A stretch of DNA of 64,000 nucleotides from positions 62,186,001 to 62,250,000 of the forward strand of contig OZ024741.1 of NCBI GenBank assembly GCA_964016885.1, in the 5' to 3' direction. A model generated the notes under the pieces. It searched no databases, was not told the DNA's origin, and worked only from the letters and a program-made list of their open reading frames with translations. Origin of the DNA: Eledone cirrhosa (lineage: Eukaryota). The translations under genes were made by a program, and so were the position numbers. Each line of letters begins with the position of its first letter. Within the stretch, counting starts at the first letter, position 1. Positions 54,379-64,000 of this stretch are shown one piece after another.

Positions 54379-54933
54379 ACACACTTTATGAACATACATA
54401 CATATATATTCTTACACACACACAGGTATACACATACACACATATATACTTATAGATATATTCATACATACACACACATATAAGTACACATACATACCCA
54501 CATCAACACACATGCATACTGCATACAAATATATGCACACACGCACACACACATATATATGCATACATAAACACACACACACTTATATATACACACATAC
54601 AGACACGCGTACATAGACGTATACACGTATACAATAGACATAAACACACATACATACAAACGCACACATATATACACGAAACACACCCATCGTGAATTAA
54701 TTAAAGGTAACCTGGCACGATTGCTGTTTCCCGCTACAGACTCTACTCCCTCTCCTTCACCACCTCATTCCTTTCCTACGTCTACCCGTACCCATACACA
54801 CCCACACAAACACTAACACATGCATAACCTTGCGAGCACACACACATACACGCATACACATAACCCGGATGTTCCTTTGTTTTCAACAATCGGCCGAACA
54901 CAGACACTGACGGAGGCGTAGCACGCGCCTACA

Positions 54934-55078
<145 letters not shown>

Positions 55079-55169
55079 TTACATACAAAAATCCACACAT
55101 TCACACAAATAGATACATATGTATGCACAGACACACGTATACAAATATGTACAGTTTGTTTTCGGTGGT

Positions 55170-55490
55170 TCACCGCCGGTTACGACGATGAGTATTTCAG
55201 TTGATAGAAATTAAATGGCAAGTGGCTGAGCACTCCACACACTACATGTATCTTTAACGTATTTTTGAGGGAGATTCAGCGCGACCCAATGTGTGGCAAG
55301 ACAAGCTCTTTGAATTACAAGTGCGACGCATTTTTGCCAGGTGAATGGCATACAGTAGGACTCAACATGCCGCCAGGTGAATGGCATACAGTAGGACTCA
55401 ACATGCCGCCAGGTGAATGGCATATAGTAGGACTCAACATACCGCCAGGAATCGAACTCGATTGTCTCATGCGAACACACACTTTAGGCT
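55170..55490 (-). mobile_element. SINE family 2 copy with an internal 36-bp x3 tandem repeat (55336-55448)
   Basis: Reverse-complement similarity to 36480-36605; repeat unit gccaggtgaatggcatacagtaggactcaacatgcc. Confidence 0.75.
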
Positions 55491-55944
55491 CCTTAAATGT
55501 CCAACACTGTTTTCTGACATAAGTTAACATCATTACATGTAGACACAGACTAATGCTAGAATAGACACGCACACACACTATGGATTACTGGAAACATTCC
55601 ACTGGTTACTTTATTTAACCAACCATCTATCCTGGAACACTGCCAGATTTACCATTGTGCTTAGGGATGGGCCCATCTTCCTGCCAAAAACTTGTTTATG
55701 ATGAATTTTTCAAATGTAAGGGGCCTCATAGCTTAACTAGCACAGGGCCTGATTTGCCTAAATCCGGCACTGCTCCTGGATATGTAACATAGTAGTCCAT
55801 GACGCAGTACGATTTCACCAACTATAAAGTGTGTGTGACAGCTCCTACCTATGCAGGTTTAGCTGCTCTCCTCCAAAGTATATCTTGTTGGAGGTGTCTT
55901 GGGTAATTTTTAATGATAGAGTCCCCAGTCCTATCATCTCATTT

Positions 55945-56082
55945 CTACAGCTGAGTAAACTGGAGCAACGTGAAATAAAGTGTCTTGCTCAAAGAAACAA
56001 CACATCACCCGGTCCGAGAATTGAACTCACAACCTTTCGATTGCAAGCCCAATGCTCTAACCACTAAGGCATGCGCCTTCAC
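55945..56082 (-). mobile_element. SINE family 2, 5' part
   Basis: Minus strand gaaggcgcatgccttagtggttagagc...gagttcaattc...ttgagcaagacactttatttcacgttgctccag. Confidence 0.82.
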
Positions 56083-56981
56083 CAACTAGAAATGCTAGTT
56101 AATTATAACCATTTTAAATATCCTCCTAGGGAAGCAAGCTCATACTTCTGGATTATGGATGAGATCTATGACTGGCAACATCCATCAAACCGAATAACCA
56201 GGTGCACCGAATTACTTCTCTCTTAATACCCACTATTCATTAGCTACATTAGGACATTAATACTTGGTATCCCATTCTTCTCGCCGCCTTTATGAGTTTA
56301 TACTGTGCTACATATCTTAATCTAACATATTTAGTTAATATTGACATTTAGTTAGTGTTGACATAATCGTATCTTGGTACTTTTCCCATTTCTCACCTTT
56401 TGTATTTTTATATGTTATTTCTTTATTGGTTTTCTTTATTTGCTTCTTTCCTTATAATTTGTAGCGTTTTTAGTTTCAATCTTAAGTCTTCTTTATGCAT
56501 ATCCCCCATTATATGTTACCTATAATGGATCTATTTTTACTGATACTACTGCTGCTACAAACATTGGTACCGATCTCTATTTCCTCATATTTAACTGTGG
56601 TTGTTGGTTTGCTGCTTTGGCTGTTGTTTTTGTTGTTTTTGTGGATGATAGTTAACATCATCTACAACCACCGCATGACCTTTTAGCATTCTTGTTTTTT
56701 AGCTATCAAAGGTTGGTGTCTAGGAGCCCGTTACTTCTAAAGAATTTACAGCTGACTTGATTCCAGATTAGACGCAACTGGGGCGTTGAAGAAGGCAAGA
56801 AAGATGTAACGCTGGAACTACCTTCACCCGAGAGCTAGGGGTTGTTTACGCCCCATGAGTGATGCTGTGACGGTGTTTAAACTAAATCTTATGCCAGTAG
56901 GCTTGAGGAAATAACACAAATAACCTGTCCGTGGCATATCACACAATGGAAACTGCATGAGTCATTTTTATTCATGTATTA

Positions 56982-57040
56982 GCTGTCTGATGAAGTCTTA
57001 ACTATTACATAACACTTACCATCGAAATAGATATAACAGT
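56982..57040 (+). ncRNA. Type I hammerhead motif (stem II decayed)
   Basis: gctgt-CTGATGA...c-GAAA-tagata-TA-acagt, ~50 nt before (TA)n. Confidence 0.58.
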
Positions 57041-57090
57041 GATTGTGTAATCAATAAATTCTGACCTAATGGCTTTTACTTCATTGTTTT

Positions 57091-57140
<50 letters not shown>

Positions 57141-57180
57141 GTTATTAAACAAATGGAAACTATATTTATAAAACCATATC

Positions 57181-57246
57181 TATTTCGTTATATATGTTTC
57201 TGGGATATCATATTAAAAATATGGTATGCCTTCCTCAGACAAAATA
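57181..57246 (-). ncRNA. Hammerhead in PLE 3' pLTR
   Basis: Reverse complement of 60371-60436 with one stem III change. Confidence 0.8.
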
Positions 57247-58498
57247 CAATACATAACCTGTTTTATAAATAATTTTTGACATACCTTATAATAATGCAAC
57301 TTCCATTTAAAAAGTTGATTTGGTAGTGAAACTGTTATGACAGTTATATAGAAAGAAAAACGAAGATGAAAAGAAGAAGATGAAGAGATGTATGTAAATA
57401 AAAAAAGAAGAAGATGAAGAGATGTATGTAAAGAAAAAACAACAGAGCGAGATAGAGAGAGAAGGAGATATGGGAGAGAGAAATACATTGAGAAAGTGAA
57501 AAAATATAGTAGGCAGCTTTTGGACAGATGATCATCGTATATGTGAGAGGTTAAGGAGGGAAGGGATACAGTTAAACTAGCCGACACATAAATCACGTCC
57601 AGTGTAGAGGAGAAAAAGAAAGAGAGATGATATATTTAAAATATATTAAAAATATATTATGTCTCATCCATTTGAATTATCAATTTTTATGAATTAGGTA
57701 TTATAATGTAAATATCAGTATTCATGAATGAGACACATATCCATAATGTGTGAAAAAATGACCCCATGCTTAGTTTAAAAATTCTTAGGTCTATAAGCAA
57801 AATCTGAGATAAAACTTCAAACATAAGTATATATGCATTCTCATGAAAAAAGAAAAAAGAGAAAAGAGAAGGTTATCTCAAATTCAAGTTGATAAATATA
57901 GACACACATGTGAACCTACGTGATATGCTCCACAGATTCTTATATTTCATGAAAATCTTCATTGCGTTACAAAAGATTCCACCCTACACATATTTACATA
58001 CATATATACATATATATAGACATAAAATATATAAGATATACATTAACATTTAAAGTAACATTCCTGCCTCACTTGCATGATTATCGATCAAGCATAGAAT
58101 AGACAACAGATATCAATATTAAAAATTAAAAACGCCAAGAATATCTTCGTCACTCCACAGAGTAACTAGGGACGCAAGAGAACATAGTATGCCACGCATA
58201 TCAGTCACATAAAATCAGAATCAAAAGCAAACAAAACCGAAATTGTTCACCAAGCCTTATTTAGCAGAAATCATTCAAAACTTATTCTACAAATGCTCTT
58301 ATATTTATTATAGAAGTTTATCCAGCTTAAAAATTTATTCAAAAGATTGGGAACATCGCCAATTTTAGGTAGTTTATTTAATCTCATTAATTATATATTC
58401 ATGCAGAAAGGTTTTTAAAAAAATTGAAGGAATCGAAAGATTTATCGCCAAGTTTCATAAATAGTTAAATATCTTAAGTAAATATACTACATTTTATA

Positions 58499-60258
58499 CT
58501 ACATTTTAAATTTATATTTATATTTAAAAGTTGAGTTCAATCTATGTCTGCAGCAGCTGAATAAATTGGTTCGTAAATTAAGGGAATTTTTAGATTTTAG
58601 TATAAAGAATATCTCCTCCGCGCAGAGGTCACATGTCTCAGAAGAGGAATTAAAAGGAATCCCTTTTGAGACTATATTCCAAACCATCGAATATCCAACT
58701 TTATCATGTTTAAGTTGCCAGAGTAAGCCTGACAGCGATGTTGAAGATTTTTTATTTGGATCCGTGAAAGAATTTTTGTGATTATTATAGCGAAGTTTAA
58801 ATTCTGTCGAGGTGGAACCAACATAATTAAAAGAATTTAAATCAGTTTTAACATTACAGTTGTATATTATATTTTTAACTAAGCAATTGTTATTTAGCGG
58901 ACATTTAGATCTATCTCTACAGTTACAGTTTTTTACTTGAATATTGTTTAGGCTATTTTCGGTATTTTGGCTAGGTTTTAGATTCCTATTATTTATTCTA
59001 TTAATATTTTGTGCTAAATTTTTGGTGGACGAGTACGTTAATTTTATAGTATGTCTATTGAAAATTGAGTGATACTTATGTGTTCTAGGGAAGCGTTTGT
59101 CAAGAGCATTAAAAAATAGTTTAGCGATGTGGGTTTTAATGTTTAGTGAGAAAGGGGGGCAAACCATATTATATTTCTAGTTCTATTTCTTTTCTGGTTT
59201 TTGGAATTATTGTAGTGCTTTCTATTATAGTTGTTAAAGTTGTTACTGTAATTAAAATTGTTGTTATTTTGGTTAGTTTGTCTATTATCGATGTACAAAT
59301 TTTTATCACTATATCCTGCTCTAGCTAACGCTTCATTATAATATTGGGCTTTTTCGTCAAAAATATTTTTATTGGAAGAGATTCTAGAGATACGTTTTTG
59401 AACAGAGTTCACTATAGTATTTTTGACAGATCTGGGGTGATTGGAGCTAAAATTGACATAATTCAAGTTTTCATTTAACTTGTGAAATGGATAGTGAAGA
59501 CATGTGTTGAGATTTAATGTTACGTCTAGGAAATTGACTATTCTATGGTTATTCTCAATTTCTATTTTTAGATTAAGGTAATTAAAAAATTGTATAATTT
59601 GTTTTCTTTTCTTATTTAGTTCAGAGTTATTATTTTCAATAAGTAAAAGCATGTCATCTCTATATAAACCTCCGGTAACACCGGGTATTTTCCTATGCAG
59701 CGAATTAATTATAAATAGGCCCACAAGGTCCGTTACCTGAGCTGAGTCTGATGATCCCATAGTAACGTCGAAATTATTATCTCTATCTGCCCTAGTCCAT
59801 AGTTGGTTATTAAATTCTATCAAAGTTTTCCTTGCCGATAATATAATGTGCATTTCATTGCTAGTTAGGTCTGTATGCTTGAATGCGTAATTTAGTGCCT
59901 TATTTAGTAGATTAGGGGTAATGGATGAATAGTAGTTAGCAATATCTAGTTGAATAAATTTATTATTATTGTTATATTTAATTTCATTAAACCACTCAAT
60001 GACCTCCCCAGTTCCCTTCCACAAGGTCAAGCCAGGTAAACAATTCAAGTCCTTAATTTGCTGTATCACTCTGTCTAGAATGTTCTTGCTAAGTTTACCC
60101 AGGTCAGATTTTGATGGTGCAATCAACCTGACTGGCAAGTCATTTTCAAAATTTCTCTTGTGATCTTTCATATTGATCTTGGATTTCCTGGGCACGAAAG
60201 GTTGTGTTTTGTTCTCAATTTCCAACTCATGCATTATACAAGATGCCTCAACATTCAT
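58499..60258 (-). pseudogene. PLE reverse transcriptase plus GIY-YIG endonuclease (one frameshift near 59160)
   Basis: KDHKRNF..PVRLIAPSKSDLGKLSK, FIQLDIANYYSSI, FDVTMGSSDSAQVTDLVGL, GLYRDD, VNFLDVTLNL; then CNCRDRSKCPL, NIIY..NYVGSTSTEFKLRYNNH, CDLCAEE, CCRH. Confidence 0.93.
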
Positions 60259-60370
60259 TTTCTCAAGTTATAACTGTCATAACAGTTTCACTACCAAATC
60301 AACTTTTTAAATGGAAGTTGCATTATTATAAGGTATGTCAAAAATTATTTATAAAACAGCTTATGTATTG

Positions 60371-60436
60371 TATTTTGTCTGAGGAAGGCATACCATATTT
60401 TTAATATGATATCCCAGAAATATATATAACGAAATA
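60371..60436 (+). ncRNA. Hammerhead in the inverted pLTR
   Basis: tattttgt-CTGAGGA-a ggcataccatatt ttt aatatgatatccc a-GAAA-tatata-TA-acgaaata; 8-bp stem I. Confidence 0.83.
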
Positions 60437-60564
60437 GATATGGTTTTATAAATATAGTTTCCATTTGTTTAATATCGTAAACCTACTCCAGAAACTGTTG
60501 AGTGCTTTTATATCAGTTATAAAATATTTACTCGTTGTAACCCAACAATTTTAAATAAAACTTT

Positions 60565-60609
<45 letters not shown>

Positions 60610-60719
60610 GTATAAATATTTCGTATCTCCAAAGAAATACAGTTTTAGGAAGCCGTAGCTATGCAAACAGCGGGGGGGCTAACGCCCTCTGGTGATGTCC
60701 AGCAGAAGCAAGAGGGACA

Positions 60720-60763
60720 ACCGTCTATACATTTCAGGCTTAACTGGCCTTCGTCAGGACGGT
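60720..60763 (-). ncRNA. Minimal type I hammerhead
   Basis: accgtc-CTGACGA-aggc cagttaa gcct-GAAA-tgta-TA-gacggt. Confidence 0.85.
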
Positions 60764-60860
60764 CCCTCCCACCGCTTGCGACTGCTGGACTAGAAGACAG
60801 GCGAGAATATATACTTTTCTCCCCTGTCTTCTAGTCCAGCATTCGCAAGCGGTGGGAGGG

Positions 60861-60904
60861 ACCGTTCTGAGGAAGGCCAGTTAAGCCTGAAATGCATAGA
60901 CGGT
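60861..60904 (+). ncRNA. Minimal type I hammerhead
   Basis: accgtt-CTGAGGA-aggc cagttaa gcct-GAAA-tgca-TA-gacggt; palindrome atgcat. Confidence 0.88.
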
Positions 60905-61051
60905 TGTCCCCCTTGCTTCTGCTGGACATCACCAGAGGGCTTTAGCCCCCCGGTGTTTGCATAGCTACGGCTTCCTAAAACTGTATTTCTATGGCGATAC
61001 GAAATATTTATACATATTGTATAAAGCTATGCTTGAAGCGAAATATTATTT

Positions 61052-61161
<110 letters not shown>

Positions 61162-61832
61162 CAACGTATATTTGAAGATTAGTGTAAATTTAAGACAGAT
61201 ATAACAAGCTGTGGAATGAATTACGGTCCCATAGCATACCATATATATATATATATATATATATTTATTAGAAAATGCACACAGAGAAACAGCTGCATCC
61301 TTACATTTTCAGCCACATTGCTGAAGTGCATTTTCTCAAACATATATCTACCTTGCAATGCCAGTTTGCCCAACACATTGTTTTCTAGGATGCTTGTAAC
61401 ACAAAGATGGACAAGAAAAATTACAGGTCTCTCTCGACAAAAATATAGTTAACTGCTTAAATATAATATGACTAGAATGAAATAGACAAGCAATTTACCA
61501 ACAGTAGAAGAAATGTTTTCTTCGTGAACACTAGAGTTAACATTTAAGTCATACACGGATATCATGTGGCTATTGATAAATGAAATTGTAACAATTCAAA
61601 TGAGACGTATGTAATTTAATTTCTTTATTATTATTCATTTTTCCTTCTATTATTTCTTGTATTTAGATATACCAACCTGTCTCCGAGTCACATTTTCAGT
61701 TGCTTCAAAAGGTTCATATGTGAATCTATATGCATTTGTGTATGAATATATTTATATATACATATATATATAAACCTGGCATAAATAAATCGCATTTAAA
61801 ATCATCTGTATGTCCCTGCGGGCGTGTGTAGG

Positions 61833-61914
<82 letters not shown>

Positions 61915-62092
61915 TATATATATATATATATTGTTATATATTTGTTTTTTATATGTTTATTTACATGTTACTGGTTGGTTGTTTGTTCTATGTGTGTGTG
62001 TGTTTTCATTTTGTCCTTAATTGTAAGTTGTTGTGTTGCTATTCCATTCATGTTTTCTATTTAATTTTGGTTGCTAAACAAATTCAGAAACG

Positions 62093-62295
<203 letters not shown>

Positions 62296-62623
62296 TATAA
62301 GTTGATAAAACAACAGTAAGGCGTTCAGATATTTATTTGAAGTTCGAATGTGGTTTATTTTGTATCCAGAATGGTAACAGGTATTTCAGAGTTGAATCCA
62401 GTTGGTATACTTCCGGTTAACTTAGATTTTTATAGATGTATATATATATATTTCTCTACCCACACAAAATCGTTTCTCTCACAATTAACGCATAAGTGTG
62501 CACTCTGCTTTCCTCTTTGGTTGGTATCCTAGTCATACAGGCTTAAGTAAAGCATTGAGTGACTGACAGAAGATCGTTTCAATATTATCATATATAAATA
62601 AATATATATATATATATATATAA

Positions 62624-62989
62624 ACGATATTAAACAAATGGAAATTACATTCATAAAACCATATTTATTTCATTATATATATTTCAGGGATATCATATTA
62701 AAAATATGGTATGCCCTCTTCAGATAAAATACAATATATAGACAGCTTTATAAATAAATTTGACATACCTTAGAGTTCACAATTTCCATTTAAAAAGTAT
62801 TTTATCTGAAGAGGGCATACCATATTTTTAATATGATATCCCTGAAATATATATAATGAAATAAATATGGTTCTATAAATGTAATTTCCATTTGTTTAAT
62901 ATCGTAAAATACTCCAAAACCAGTTGAGTGCTTTTATATCAGTTATAAAATATTTACTCGTTGTAACCCAACATTTTAAATAAAACTTT

Positions 62990-62992
<3 letters not shown>
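62624..62992 (+). mobile_element. Short fold-back made only of pLTR from the 57-60-kb PLE family; HHRs at 62666-62731 (-) and 62798-62863 (+)
   Basis: Homologous to 57145-57312 and 60370-60568. Stem I tattttat/atgaaata covaries with tattttgt/acgaaata. Confidence 0.9.
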
Positions 62993-63079
<87 letters not shown>

Positions 63080-63582
63080 TTATTGGCTGAGAATTTTTCA
63101 TTTATTTGAATCGAAGCATGGAGTTTCACGTTCTCGGACCTTTGCCGAAATCTATGAATCTGTGTATGTATATGTTTGTTTGTGTGTGTGTGTGTGTGCG
63201 CGTGTGTAAGTGTAAGTTTATGTGTGTGTTTGTGTGTATGAAAATTGCATCCACATAAATGTCTCGTTCAACCTACCTTAGAGAAATATCTGTACAGAGT
63301 ATGCAAATAAGCATGTGTCACCTGACAAAGCTTATTGTACGACTAATGTCCTGTGCACTTATCTTCATGTCTGTGGAAAATACAACACAGCTAGATTTTA
63401 GCTAAAAATTCTCTAATTGTTATGTGTTTACTTGCATCTACCTTCCGTAAGTGAATATGCAAGAAAGGTTAAATTAAATTTACAGTTCATATCTATATAG
63501 GTTAAGCTGGCTCCTACGAAGTCGTATCTCATATCAGGTTTTTTAGGTGTTTTAATGATGGATGCTCCACTCCTATCATTAA

Positions 63583-63697
63583 AAGTGACATAAAATGAAG
63601 AGTTTTGCTCAAGAACATAATGCGCCGTCCGGTCTAGGACTCGCATCCACAGCATTATGATCGTGAGTCCAACACCCCGACCACTAGGCCACGCGAT
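63583..63697 (-). mobile_element. SINE family 2, 5' part
   Basis: Minus strand gcgtggcctagtggtcggggtgttggactcacgatc...tgttcttgagcaaaact. Confidence 0.75.
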
Positions 63698-64000
63698 GTC
63701 ATTATGAGTCTGTATGTGAACCGTTGTTTTCCACCGCTTGGTCGTGTGTGTAAGTGTATCACAGCGGTGTAACGAACACTTCACTATTTCTATGCGTTTC
63801 TATGCGTATATTTTTTCAGCACAGCGCAACCTAACCTTTTCCCTGCAAATGATGGAAATCAGAAGCTATTGTCTGTAAATTCTCCCAGCTCAGGGTTTTC
63901 ACAGCCCGGACTTTCGTGGCACCAGCTGACCCCTTCTCACTGATGACGTCAGTCATGAACGAGATGTACGTGATTGCCAAACGTAGCGTTTCGATGCGAG

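Larger units (their letters stand above)
57141..60568 (-). mobile_element. 5'-truncated Penelope-like element (Naiad-like) with an inverted pLTR at the truncation
   Basis: 57145-57348 is inverted at 60269-60473, with a tail to 60568. RT and GIY-YIG lie between; (TA)n at both ends. Confidence 0.93.

Noticed and set aside
55336-55448. 36-bp repeats resembling a CRISPR array
   Set aside because: Contiguous tandem units without spacers, inside a SINE in eukaryotic DNA; no cas genes.
59143-59167. Programmed frameshift or selenocysteine recoding between RT and GIY-YIG
   Set aside because: A 1-nt deletion in the conserved WFxPPFS motif explains it. The paralogous 38-kb ORF is continuous there, and no in-frame UGA is involved.

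Overview
AT-rich, microsatellite-saturated animal DNA. It is probably octopus, inferred from the SINE and simple-repeat content. No host protein-coding gene can be supported, and almost all listed ORFs are artefacts of (TA)n, (CA)n, (GA)n or (CAC)n runs. The recognisable coding remnants are all transposons: two 5'-truncated Penelope-like elements (PLEs; RT and/or C-terminal GIY-YIG, Naiad-like motifs), two weaker PLE remnants, two degenerate hAT transposases with matching MITEs, two RTE LINE fragments and a CRE-type endonuclease fragment. Two tRNA-derived SINE families are also present. The main signal is non-coding. The islands between (TA)n runs are mostly short asymmetric fold-back or tandem elements carrying hammerhead ribozyme (HHR) motifs: about 30 motifs from more than 15 unrelated sequence families by manual count, with covarying stems and palindromic stem III. 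They include a 312-nt tandem retrozyme-like array, ~530-550-nt circularly permuted monomers, a U3:A8 core variant whose copies break at the predicted cleavage site, and a family of non-circularly permuted (pseudoknotted) hammerheads with invariant spacing. All structures were read by eye; none was folded or searched computationally.
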